64,000 nucleotides of DNA from IMG/VR virus record IMGVR_UViG_3300048597_000249; one strand, given 5' to 3'. The notes beneath the pieces are model-generated. The model did no database searches, was not told the origin of the DNA, and worked only from the letters and a program-made list of their open reading frames with translations. Positions within the stretch are counted from its first letter, which is position 1. Each line of letters opens with the position of its first letter. Below are positions 1-9,320 of the stretch, in pieces. This DNA comes from an uncultured virus (IMG/VR IMGVR_UViG_3300048597_000249) (lineage: Duplodnaviria; Heunggongvirae; Uroviricota; Caudoviricetes). A program made the position numbers and the translations under genes.

Positions 1-49
1 GGAGCAATTGTTAATTTAAATGGAGCCATGCTATATTACTAAATCGCTA

Positions 50-123
50 GGACGTATAGCTCAGTTGGTTAGAGTACATCGTTGACATCGATGGGGTCAC
101 TGGTTCGAATCCAGTTACGTCCA
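50..123 (+). tRNA. trnV: tRNA-Val(GAC), no encoded CCA
   Basis: Acceptor stem GGACGTA/TACGTCC-A, D-arm AGCTCAGTTGGTTAGAGT, anticodon arm CATCG-TTGACAT-CGATG, T-loop GGTTCGAATCC. Confidence 0.97.
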
Positions 124-201
124 TTAGTTTCTAGCTTTTGCCAAATTGCGCCAAACTCGTTTACGTCAGTTTTACGTCAACGATGACTCTAGCTATACGT
201 C

Positions 202-1632
202 CTACCATGTTGCTAGCGGTGCTCTAACCCAGGTATCCTCGGCGACACAGCAATAAAAATAGTCATTATCTAATGCTATTTGACCAACACTACCTTCTGA
301 GTCATTAGTAGGTGGCACAGTAGTTATTTCGGCAAAATTTGGTACACTCGTTAAGTTTGAAAAAGGAATATTGTTATTTTTCCTACCATAAAAAGTTTCC
401 CAACTATCATTTTCTATTTTGCGCAAAATAACATAATCGCCGTTATTCGCCAAAATAAAATCATCAGTAGAATTATTAACAGTAACTCCATCTAGTGGTG
501 TAATACGACAAATATTATCGTTATTTTTTTGAATTGTTATACGATAACCGTCTCTGATTTTTTGTACAGTTTCGGGATAAATAGTATACTGAATATCACC
601 TTCATCATTTTTAGTAAAGAAGTAATTATTATATTGTTCTTTAATTGAAAAAACACTCGACCAGTTAATAATTTCTTTACGTTCGTATAAATGATAAGGA
701 CTTTTATTTTCACTATATCCAATACGACCACCACTAAAGTTTTCGCCAAAATATCCAATAACTTCACTTTGGTCGTAAGAATAATATCGGTCAGTATTAT
801 CGTTAATTGTCCCTTCGATGGAATTAAAATAAATCAGCGCATTTTCGCTGGTGTAAAATATAGCCGATAAATTAGCGTTATTAAAACTGCACCAATTAAT
901 TCGAGCAACAATACTATCCCTTGCTTCAATAAAATATCCTCCTAAATCAGTGGTATCAGGATGCGCCGTAGTAGAACAATCAGAAATATCCGCAACAATT
1001 TCACCGCTTAAATAAAAACAATAACTGTAACCTTGTTTGGGTAAATTAAATTGAATCTCTTCGGCAATTAAATAATTTTGACCATGTGCTCTTACAACAG
1101 TTGTGTAATACCAGTGATTTTCGTCAGTATTATCGTAGTTAATTGTAAAATATTCTATGTTAACAACAGTAGAACTACTACGAATTAAAAAACAATATTC
1201 GTCAGAATTCGGCGTAAATAATAATTCGGCATCTTCATCATTATCATTACCTTGGATAGATAATTCACGACAACGAATCGGCGGAACAACAATATAACCA
1301 CTCGACGGAATTTCAAAAATACCAGTAAAAATAATTCTGACACGAAAACCATTAGCATCGATTGTTTTTAATACAGATAATGCTTTTTCAATCGTAGCAA
1401 AAGGTTCTAGTTCCGAACCATCGTTATTATCATCGCCATTTTCAGCGTGAACATAATAAGTTTTATTTGCGGTCAAAGTAGTTAGACCAGATCCGCTATT
1501 ATTTAATGTTTCTAATTTATTTTTTTCAGTATCGGTAAAAGGATTTGTATTTGGTTCAGATTCATAAAGATTTTTAATTTCTGAGCCAGTAATGTTGTTT
1601 TTAAGACGATATAATTCAGTTAAACTTGGCAT
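202..1632 (-). CDS. Tail fibre / receptor-binding protein
   Basis: TYYV..GDDNNDG..PFATIEKA motif, probable beta-helix region, C-terminal GQIALDNDYFYCCVAEDTWVR motif typical of phage tail proteins. Confidence 0.7.
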   Translation of the reverse strand: MPSLTELYRLKNNITGSEIKNLYESEPNTNPFTDTEKNKLETLNNSGSGLTTLTANKTYYVHAENGDDNNDGSELEPFATIEKALSVLKTIDANGFRVRIIFTGIFEIPSSGYIVVPPIRCRELSIQGNDNDEDAELLFTPNSDEYCFLIRSSSTVVNIEYFTINYDNTDENHWYYTTVVRAHGQNYLIAEEIQFNLPKQGYSYCFYLSGEIVADISDCSTTAHPDTTDLGGYFIEARDSIVARINWCSFNNANLSAIFYTSENALIYFNSIEGTINDNTDRYYSYDQSEVIGYFGENFSGGRIGYSENKSPYHLYERKEIINWSSVFSIKEQYNNYFFTKNDEGDIQYTIYPETVQKIRDGYRITIQKNNDNICRITPLDGVTVNNSTDDFILANNGDYVILRKIENDSWETFYGRKNNNIPFSNLTSVPNFAEITTVPPTNDSEGSVGQIALDNDYFYCCVAEDTWVRAPLATW

Positions 1633-1665
1633 AATTATCGACCAATATTTATTATTAGTTTAACA

Positions 1666-2178
1666 TTAACTATCCCTCACCACATCCACAAAATCACTGG
1701 GCAAACCAAACTCAACAGCCTTGCCTGCCCATTCATCCCGGTGTTCTTGGCTAACCTGTAATGCGCCGCAGAAGTTATTCCAGTAACCTGCGAAACCACT
1801 TTCCGCTAGTCCCTCTTTTGCGACCCTACCGTAGCGTTCAATAATAGCTGGTACTAAGTAAGGATTAACGCTATTTGCCGCCAGCCCATAGGCGACAAAC
1901 GATTGGTTAGTGAATAGCCAAAAGTTGAATCCTGGCCAATTAGGTACAAGTTCCGGCTCGGGTAAATCCACCACACTCCACACTTGTTTGTCCTCAAATG
2001 TATCTAAATCCACCACATATTCACTGGTTAATTGTTGAGTTTCAGCATCATATTCTGGTGGTTCAGTGTCTACCCTAGTCAGTGTCACTAGTGGTGGTTC
2101 CAATCCATCAATTGGCTCGTTATCCAAGCGGGTATAGGGTAAACGTTGATTGGTTTCGGTGTTGTAAAGTAATTTCAT
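1666..2178 (-). CDS. Putative tail fibre accessory protein
   Basis: PPEYDAETQQL motif; located in fibre cluster. Confidence 0.45.
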   Translation of the reverse strand: MKLLYNTETNQRLPYTRLDNEPIDGLEPPLVTLTRVDTEPPEYDAETQQLTSEYVVDLDTFEDKQVWSVVDLPEPELVPNWPGFNFWLFTNQSFVAYGLAANSVNPYLVPAIIERYGRVAKEGLAESGFAGYWNNFCGALQVSQEHRDEWAGKAVEFGLPSDFVDVVRDS

Positions 2179-2948
2179 AAAATAACATTTAAAGCATTCA
2201 TTAAAGTGGTTATTCTGGCATCTAATAATGCAAGATCCAAGCCTTCTCCTATTGAATAGAAGGATATGCGTCCATTAGAATAATCAAGCCCCCTGCGGAA
2301 GATCTCAATAAATCCATTGTTTGGACTTTGACTCAATTGAGAATATGTAGTGCTGACTTCAGCATATCTGCCAACAGTCTGAGTGCTGCTATTCCGGCTA
2401 GCCCCCCAAAAACCAGCGTTATTCGTATTGTCTGTTACAGATCCAGCTAGACCTTGACTCTGTTTTACGTTAACCCGAGAAAATCTTGTTGTTGTTGTTG
2501 TTAACAACTGAGTTCCCCCTCCAAAAACCTCCGTGCCTAATGTCCCTCTGGTTATGTCTCTGCTATGATGGGTCGTTTGGTATACGCAGACGTGTTTGCT
2601 ATTAATAGGGTCCGCATCGTTTCTTCTATTTGTATTCAAAAACTTGGTCGCCCCATTTCCAAGCAAACCAGTTTTTCTGTTATAGTCAGCAGATACAAAC
2701 CCAGAATTGGTTGGAGCGGTTATCTTTAGTGGCACGAGTGCGCCATTTAAAGTTCTTGCTCCAGCCAATATACAAGATGCCTTTATTGCGTTCCAATTTC
2801 CGTCAGTTTTGCAGCCTGAGATAAATGCACCTATGGCATTAGCTACGCCAGTTTCTAGCGGTTCTCCATCGGCGGCATAGACTCTCATTAAATAATCTTT
2901 AATGTCACTGTTTTTCCCGACAAAATTATTAACAATAGTAGTTGCCAT
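2175..2948 (-). CDS. Cyanophage-type virion/tail-associated protein
   Basis: AADGEPLE..GCKTDGNWNAIKASCILAGARTLNGALVPL..DYNRKTGL resembles a protein family common in freshwater cyanophage tail regions (recalled). Confidence 0.55.
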   Translation of the reverse strand: MATTIVNNFVGKNSDIKDYLMRVYAADGEPLETGVANAIGAFISGCKTDGNWNAIKASCILAGARTLNGALVPLKITAPTNSGFVSADYNRKTGLLGNGATKFLNTNRRNDADPINSKHVCVYQTTHHSRDITRGTLGTEVFGGGTQLLTTTTTRFSRVNVKQSQGLAGSVTDNTNNAGFWGASRNSSTQTVGRYAEVSTTYSQLSQSPNNGFIEIFRRGLDYSNGRISFYSIGEGLDLALLDARITTLMNALNVIL

Positions 2949-2950
2949 AC

Positions 2951-3553
2951 TTAACTTCTTGTCCCTTGTAAAGTTATCCGATAGCCTAGTCCAGTATTAA
3001 CTGCACCCACCTGTTGAATATCAAACCGAAGCACCCCACCCGATACAAAGAAAGTAGTATTAGGGACTAGCGCCCCAACACTCCTAGAACCAGCAGGGAT
3101 TGTCAGCGCATCTGCCGAAGTAAAAATATTAGTAAATGTTCCGTTAACATCTCCAGCGGCGTTCCATAAAACTCTAACTATTGCACTGCTTCCGGTTGGG
3201 GCTTGAAACTCTGTATCAAACCATACTCCCGTAACAGTGAAGTTGAAACGAAGACGATGGTATTCAACGGCAGTGGCAGGAGCAACGGGAGTAACATTGT
3301 CAGATAGGCTGACGGTGATTGTTTCCAAGGCAGTGGCATCGTCACCTTTATCCCCTTTTTCTCCACGCAAATCGTCTGTTTGAAATTCCGTATTATTCGT
3401 AAATTCTAAAGTTAAAATACCTGTACTGTTGTTATAACTGGTATCGTCAATACCTACACCCGGTTCTCCTTTAAATCCTTGTAACCCTCGTTGTCCAACA
3501 GCTACATACTCCCATTGTTCTGTTATCGGGTTATATCTTTTTGGTACACTCAT
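2951..3553 (-). CDS. Tail fibre protein with short collagen-like repeats
   Basis: GQRGLQGFKGEPG and GEKGDKGD G-X-Y triplets. Confidence 0.6.
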   Translation of the reverse strand: MSVPKRYNPITEQWEYVAVGQRGLQGFKGEPGVGIDDTSYNNSTGILTLEFTNNTEFQTDDLRGEKGDKGDDATALETITVSLSDNVTPVAPATAVEYHRLRFNFTVTGVWFDTEFQAPTGSSAIVRVLWNAAGDVNGTFTNIFTSADALTIPAGSRSVGALVPNTTFFVSGGVLRFDIQQVGAVNTGLGYRITLQGTRS

Positions 3554-4086
3554 GATAATATCAACCTACAATAATCAAATTGTGGGCCATATTGCCCTGC
3601 CCAATTACCTGTTTCTCTCGCCACAATCGACACTTTTGCACTTTTAACATCTCCAATATGTGTGTCAGTATTTATATTATATTCTGTCCAATTTGTTTGT
3701 GCTTGTGCGTCACCAGTTTCGGGATAACGTAAATTATAAATTAAATTATTAGCAATATCGAATAACTCTAACGTTACATAAAAAACACTTTGTGCGCTAG
3801 TTTTCATTGAATGTTTTTTGACTGAAAAAGTTAAATCTAAATTTGAATAACTTTGAAAATTATTTATATTAACTGTTTGATGAACAATTCGTAATGCGTA
3901 AGTAAAATTTAAACTTCCATTTAAAATAACGGGATATAAATTACTTCCCCAACCAGAAACTGATGTCCATGGTGTTTCATTTAGATGTCCAATACTAAAT
4001 TCAGGATCGTTTAATAATTGAATTGGTTCAAAAATTATTTGTTTTTTTACAGCAGGTTTAAGAGAGTGGTAATAATTATTAGCCAT
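3550..4086 (-). CDS. Carbohydrate-binding (FBA / galactose-binding-like) virion protein
   Basis: LLNDPEF near the N-terminus and C-terminal ETGNWAGQYGPQF resemble FBA-type lectin domains; start moved to ATG at 4086. Confidence 0.45.
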   Translation of the reverse strand: MANNYYHSLKPAVKKQIIFEPIQLLNDPEFSIGHLNETPWTSVSGWGSNLYPVILNGSLNFTYALRIVHQTVNINNFQSYSNLDLTFSVKKHSMKTSAQSVFYVTLELFDIANNLIYNLRYPETGDAQAQTNWTEYNINTDTHIGDVKSAKVSIVARETGNWAGQYGPQFDYCRLILS

Positions 4087-5827
4087 TATGAACCATCCAG
4101 TATTCAATCCGGTCGTTAGAACACCATTCAGCGTAAATAATATTTAATTCATTTGACGCATATTCTACATCGCCAAGTTTTACCCAATTTGCAGGATAAG
4201 TTGGTTCAGCCGAATTCTGATGATAAATTTTTTGCACAACTCCAATTTGTGCATTAATTAAATCATTTGTAATATTTGTTGTTCCTGGTGAAATTGCGCT
4301 ATTAAAAATCTTAGGATTAACAAAATCTATAATTGTTCCTATACCCGTTGTCGTAATAGTGTTATAACCAAGTCCTTCACTAGTATCTATCCATAATAAA
4401 TCAGTGTTTTCTGGTGGTGTTTCGCCGATATATGTTCCCGACACACCTTGAATCCCCTGAATACCTTGAATTCCTTGGTCGCCAGTATTTCCTTTTTCAA
4501 CGAAAAGTTCCCAATCCGCAGAAAGTGGTTCGGAGTTAGTGTTAATATTTACGGCAATATATGTTGAACCATTATGTTCAACGACATCATTTTTCAAATA
4601 CTCTACTGAATTATCCCAAAGATGTTTCCAATTCGGCGTATTAGGACGATTTAAAATTTCCCCCCATTCAACAGAAGGTGGTAACGCTGGAATACTAAAA
4701 TCATAAATGCGCCAATCGTTATCAATTCTTTTTAGAATTAATTTAGTCCCACCAGCATCAAGTATTAATTCGCTATCCCCCATTATTGTTTCGCCAGCAT
4801 TAGGTAAAACAGTTACTGGATTTGCGCCAAAACCACTGTCGAGTTCGATGCCGATCACATCTACAATAAGCAAAGAATCACCACCTAACGGTAGTGTGAT
4901 TGAAAAAGGATTATTACTACTATCACAAGGAACAGCAGTGTGATTAATTGCCGTATAATCTGCGCTAACAATGGGAACGGGTAAATAATAAAGTGAATTT
5001 AATTTATCTTTATCTAATGTCGTATAATTTTCTTCAGTTTGCACATAATTAGCATCAATTACTGTGTGTTCGTTATAAGGTTGAACAGTGTCGCCAATAT
5101 CTTCTGGTTGTAGAGCACTTTCGGCAATTTCACCTTGTTCAGCAGTAGCATAATCGGCGGAATCGGTAAATGCCGCACTACCTAAATTCGGCTTATTTTC
5201 AATGAACGCATCGCCATCAACAGCGTTCCAATCGGCGTTAACATTAACTTCTGCACCAGGTTCAATATCGGCTAATTTATTTTTTTCAACCGTAGTATAA
5301 TTTTCTTCAGTTTGTACGTAGTCTGGGTCAATTACTGTGTGTTCGTCGTAAGGTTGTACAGTTGTGCCGATGTCAGTGGTTCGTAAAAATACACCCGGAT
5401 CGGGATAAGTAGGCGGCAATTCTTTGCCAGTAATTTCGCCAATAACTTGGACAAAACCAGGGCTATATTTAATTACTTCGTCATCAAGAATAACTTCGAT
5501 GTCGTAAATATGATTAACTTTTACATTTGGTTCGCGACCAGATTGATATTTAAATGTTCCGGGTAAACTAAATGTTTGTTCTTCTGTAAGATATGGATAA
5601 ATATAAGTTACATCATCATCTTCGTTGTAAACACTTGGTTGAAAAAAGAATTCTGCTAATAGTACGCCGGATTGTTCGCGATAAGTTGTTTTAATATGAC
5701 CACGTAGTTCAGCAGTTGTAACATCGCCGGGAAAAGAAATAATATTTGCTAATGTTAATTTTTTGTACGTTTCACCTTGTACAATCGCCAATTCGTCAAT
5801 TAAATTTGGATATTGTTCTCGCGCCAT
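4079..5827 (-). CDS. Baseplate-upper / fibre protein with internal repeat, CBM-like and collagen segments
   Basis: BppU-like N-terminus (IVQGETY...YDIEV), duplicated DIGxTVQPYxEHTVIDxxYVQTEENYTT, WDNSVEYLKNDVVEHNGSTY, QGIQGIQGIQG. Confidence 0.6.
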   Translation of the reverse strand: MAREQYPNLIDELAIVQGETYKKLTLANIISFPGDVTTAELRGHIKTTYREQSGVLLAEFFFQPSVYNEDDDVTYIYPYLTEEQTFSLPGTFKYQSGREPNVKVNHIYDIEVILDDEVIKYSPGFVQVIGEITGKELPPTYPDPGVFLRTTDIGTTVQPYDEHTVIDPDYVQTEENYTTVEKNKLADIEPGAEVNVNADWNAVDGDAFIENKPNLGSAAFTDSADYATAEQGEIAESALQPEDIGDTVQPYNEHTVIDANYVQTEENYTTLDKDKLNSLYYLPVPIVSADYTAINHTAVPCDSSNNPFSITLPLGGDSLLIVDVIGIELDSGFGANPVTVLPNAGETIMGDSELILDAGGTKLILKRIDNDWRIYDFSIPALPPSVEWGEILNRPNTPNWKHLWDNSVEYLKNDVVEHNGSTYIAVNINTNSEPLSADWELFVEKGNTGDQGIQGIQGIQGVSGTYIGETPPENTDLLWIDTSEGLGYNTITTTGIGTIIDFVNPKIFNSAISPGTTNITNDLINAQIGVVQKIYHQNSAEPTYPANWVKLGDVEYASNELNIIYAEWCSNDRIEYWMVHNG

Positions 5828-5882
5828 ACCAGTACAAACAAAATACTAAATATATGTTATCTTAAATTTAATTAAACGGCAT

Positions 5883-6665
5883 GTGAGTTTTTTAATGTAC
5901 ACAAAACAACCTCGAAAAGAAGTTAAAAATTGCAAAAATGGTCGCAAAAATAATGCGGCTTTTTCTTTTGGTGGTGAAAATGTTGTTGAGTTTAATTATA
6001 AATATTCGTCAATAAAAACTACAGATTTGGTCAAACCACGTACGCCAAATCAAAATAAATTTGTCGCCCATATGCGCAACTATAAATTTACTTTTGGTTT
6101 AGGGATGGCAGGTTGTGGTAAAACTTTGCTTAGTTTGTATGAAGGAGTGCGTTGTATAAATAATCCTGACGTTGCTATTAATAAGATTTATTATATTCGT
6201 GCCAATATTGATGGAGTAGATGAGGAAGTAGAAATTGGTAGTTTGCCGGGAGAATTAGGCGATAAATTAACACCGTTATCTGCGCCGATTTACGATTCTT
6301 GCCGTGAATTTATGACGGATAATGATGCTAAAGCATTGTTTGATTTTGGTAAAATTGAAGTCTTACCCACTGCGTACTTGCGTGGTCGTAGTTTTGCTAA
6401 TGCTTTTGTGATTGTTGACGAGGCGCAAAATTTGACAAAGGGAAAGATTAAGACAGCGTTAACAAGGTTAAGTCATGATTCGAGAATGGTATTTATTGGC
6501 GACCCAGAACAGTGTGATTTGTTGAAAGATCAAAAAGCATTTATCACAGCGGCGAGAATATTGTATGAAGATGAAGATGTGGGTGTTGTAAGATTTGGTA
6601 AGGAAGATTGCTTGCGAGATGATAGTTTGGCAAGGATCGTTGAAAAATTAAATAATAGTTGGTAA
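5883..6665 (+). CDS. phoH: PhoH-family ATPase
   Basis: GMAGCGKT Walker A, GSLPG, YLRGRSF, IVDEAQN, TRL, GDPEQCD. Confidence 0.93.
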   Translation: MSFLMYTKQPRKEVKNCKNGRKNNAAFSFGGENVVEFNYKYSSIKTTDLVKPRTPNQNKFVAHMRNYKFTFGLGMAGCGKTLLSLYEGVRCINNPDVAINKIYYIRANIDGVDEEVEIGSLPGELGDKLTPLSAPIYDSCREFMTDNDAKALFDFGKIEVLPTAYLRGRSFANAFVIVDEAQNLTKGKIKTALTRLSHDSRMVFIGDPEQCDLLKDQKAFITAARILYEDEDVGVVRFGKEDCLRDDSLARIVEKLNNSW

Positions 6666-6668
6666 GGC

Positions 6669-9269
6669 TCAACCGTTTGTTGTTTTTTTATTAATTTCTT
6701 TTGGATGGTAAGATATGTAATCAACATTATTATCATCTAAAGACGACACATAAGATTTTTTATTAGATTGTCTTTTCCATCTTTTAGTCGATATGTCAAA
6801 ATAATATATATCGGCATAATTTACAACTTGTTTGTTGCTTATAATACTCGATTGGGAAAAACTAATATTAGGTACTCCGTTTAACAAATAACCATTAACA
6901 TTTTTAAAGTTATTGTTAACTAATTCTCGGCATAAAATTGTTGTATAATCATTTTTCAAACTGATAAAAGAATGCCCAATAGTATTGTTAATAGAACACA
7001 TAAAAAAATATTCTACTCCTAAATATTTATCAATAGTTATTGATAATGATTCTGGATAAAAATAATCAGGACTTTCTTGAGTTATTGTACTTATAGTTCC
7101 TTCAAATACATCGGCGGAATTATTATTTCTAATGTAGAAAATATTTATTTTTTTATTTGTGTAATCTCTACCTGTATAAATGATAGTGTCGTTATCACTA
7201 GTAACGGTATCAGCTACCCAAGTATCTTGCCATAATTGATTGGGGTCAGTAACTTTCACATAACTTGTACCCGATACATTATGTGTAGTGTAATTATGTA
7301 TATTTCTTCCAGCATCAACATTACCACCAGTCCAATAAAAATCATCATTGGTTATACTAAAAGATCTTACATAGTCTCCAATTTCGATTGGTTGATCGAT
7401 TAACGTATAAAGATTTTTGGTAATTTGAAAATAAAAAAATGGTTCTATTGTTGTTCCAAATAACTCTGTAATCTCATAAACATTACCGTTGTATATGTAT
7501 ACGTTAGCAAATGCGTTGTGGTTTAATAAATAATTAGTAGTTGTTTCACTAGTATATGTTTGAGATTCTTTAACACTATTTATAAGGTAACCATCTGCGG
7601 CTAATACTTCGTATAAATTAATGTTGTAATTCCTAGTTGTGCGAATATCATACCACTCGTAACCATACAAAGAAAAATCTTCGCATAAAAAAATAGGAAT
7701 CGCATAAGAATCTTTTTCTGAAATATCTTCTATTCCAATATATTCTTGTTCGTCGTATGGTTCACCTAAATCTTCCCCAGGATCGCCCATATAAAGATCT
7801 GTGTCGTTAAATGATAAGTTTTGATCTCTTGTTCGATTACCCTTAACACCGTAATGTAAAAATCTATACCATACCGTTCTGTTCAAAGTATAATCAATAA
7901 TTTTAAATCTTTCGTGATATTCTTTGTGGTTAATATGCGCCCATGCTGTACTTGTTTCACTCCAAAAATTTGCAACTTCACTGTCGCCTTCTATTGTAAA
8001 ATGTTGTTTTACTAATCCACCGCTGAGAACCTCTATATTACATTCGCAGTAAAAATTTTGTTTATCTACGGTTTTGGTAGAACTTATTGTAGACGTATCT
8101 ATAATATTTAAATTATTGTCATAAACAGTTCGCCATGGGTTTGCCATAATTTTACCTGAATCACCATCTACAGACGCACTTATTTTATATTCTGGTAAAT
8201 GCCAAGTATTATCGCCGCTACTTATAACCGCAACCCAATTTATGTCGTATATATTTTGACTCAGTATTCTTGGCGAAAAAGATCCGTTAACTCCTGTACA
8301 AGTTATAGATGTTGTGGTAGAAGATGGTGTAGTATTTCCTCCATTTAAACCAGGTGGAAAACCTATAACACTAGGGGGGTATATTAAAATTCTGGTTGAT
8401 CCTGAAAAAATTGGCCCAATAAAATCATTATTTCCAACCCATGTAAAAATAAAAGAACCAGTTGATCCAACATTACCGGCTCGAAAATCGCCACCGCAAA
8501 TATGTCTAAATCTACCTTGTTGTTCTAATATTGTTTTGTAAGCTAAATTATAAACTTCCTCACTTATTAAGTTATTATTGCGCAAATCTAATAAACTAAA
8601 AGAAGCTAACTGTACACCGTCTTCTACGGTATATACAGAACCTTTTGCGTTAAATGTTATATCACCAACATCTGATGCGAATATATTTTTTTCAGACACG
8701 ATGGAAGTACCCGCATAATAAACAGCTTGTACATCATTAGACCAACTCATATTGCTCGTGTTGTTATCACTACTTAATACTTTAATAGTAGGATTATCGT
8801 AATTAAACGATTGATAAAACCCATACCACTTTTTATCTTTATTAACTGCGTACAATAAATAATAATCCCCAATAGTTAAATCTTCATCCTTTTTAAATCC
8901 TCTTATTTTACTCCCTGAAGAAATAATTACAAAATTATAATTTTTTACTATTTCTTTATTTCCACGAGTTTTGCGAAATTGTAATTCGGTTCGTTGAATT
9001 AGTTTACCCCCATTTCTCGGCACTCTTGGGTCATCTTGCGTCTGTTGCCATGCTACATACCGCCGATTCGTCGTGTCATAAAATACCGTAACTTCCCCCG
9101 GTTGTACCACATTGTATGAATACGCTTGTACTCTACCTTGTGGTGTGTTGACGTTAATAGTTGCGCCAATACCAACTTGATTTGCGGTACCTCGTTGAAA
9201 AATAGTAAGAGTACCTTTTCGTATAATTTCCGCCAATTTATTACTTACTTCTTTGTTTGAAAAACTCAT
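6669..9269 (-). CDS. Large hypothetical, probably virion/tail-tip protein
   Basis: 866-aa ORF, beta-rich composition; N-terminus resembles small ORF 20730..20894. Confidence 0.45.
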   Translation of the reverse strand: MSFSNKEVSNKLAEIIRKGTLTIFQRGTANQVGIGATINVNTPQGRVQAYSYNVVQPGEVTVFYDTTNRRYVAWQQTQDDPRVPRNGGKLIQRTELQFRKTRGNKEIVKNYNFVIISSGSKIRGFKKDEDLTIGDYYLLYAVNKDKKWYGFYQSFNYDNPTIKVLSSDNNTSNMSWSNDVQAVYYAGTSIVSEKNIFASDVGDITFNAKGSVYTVEDGVQLASFSLLDLRNNNLISEEVYNLAYKTILEQQGRFRHICGGDFRAGNVGSTGSFIFTWVGNNDFIGPIFSGSTRILIYPPSVIGFPPGLNGGNTTPSSTTTSITCTGVNGSFSPRILSQNIYDINWVAVISSGDNTWHLPEYKISASVDGDSGKIMANPWRTVYDNNLNIIDTSTISSTKTVDKQNFYCECNIEVLSGGLVKQHFTIEGDSEVANFWSETSTAWAHINHKEYHERFKIIDYTLNRTVWYRFLHYGVKGNRTRDQNLSFNDTDLYMGDPGEDLGEPYDEQEYIGIEDISEKDSYAIPIFLCEDFSLYGYEWYDIRTTRNYNINLYEVLAADGYLINSVKESQTYTSETTTNYLLNHNAFANVYIYNGNVYEITELFGTTIEPFFYFQITKNLYTLIDQPIEIGDYVRSFSITNDDFYWTGGNVDAGRNIHNYTTHNVSGTSYVKVTDPNQLWQDTWVADTVTSDNDTIIYTGRDYTNKKINIFYIRNNNSADVFEGTISTITQESPDYFYPESLSITIDKYLGVEYFFMCSINNTIGHSFISLKNDYTTILCRELVNNNFKNVNGYLLNGVPNISFSQSSIISNKQVVNYADIYYFDISTKRWKRQSNKKSYVSSLDDNNVDYISYHPKEINKKTTNG

Positions 9270-9320
9270 ATTGTGCCAGAAAAGTTAAACTTATAGTAAA
9301 TATTAAAATGCTTATTATAT

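Noticed and set aside
5005..5375. About 100-bp duplication in a fibre gene as a possible DGR template/variable pair
   Set aside because: Both copies are in-frame in one ORF, mismatches are not adenine-specific, and no reverse transcriptase is in the window
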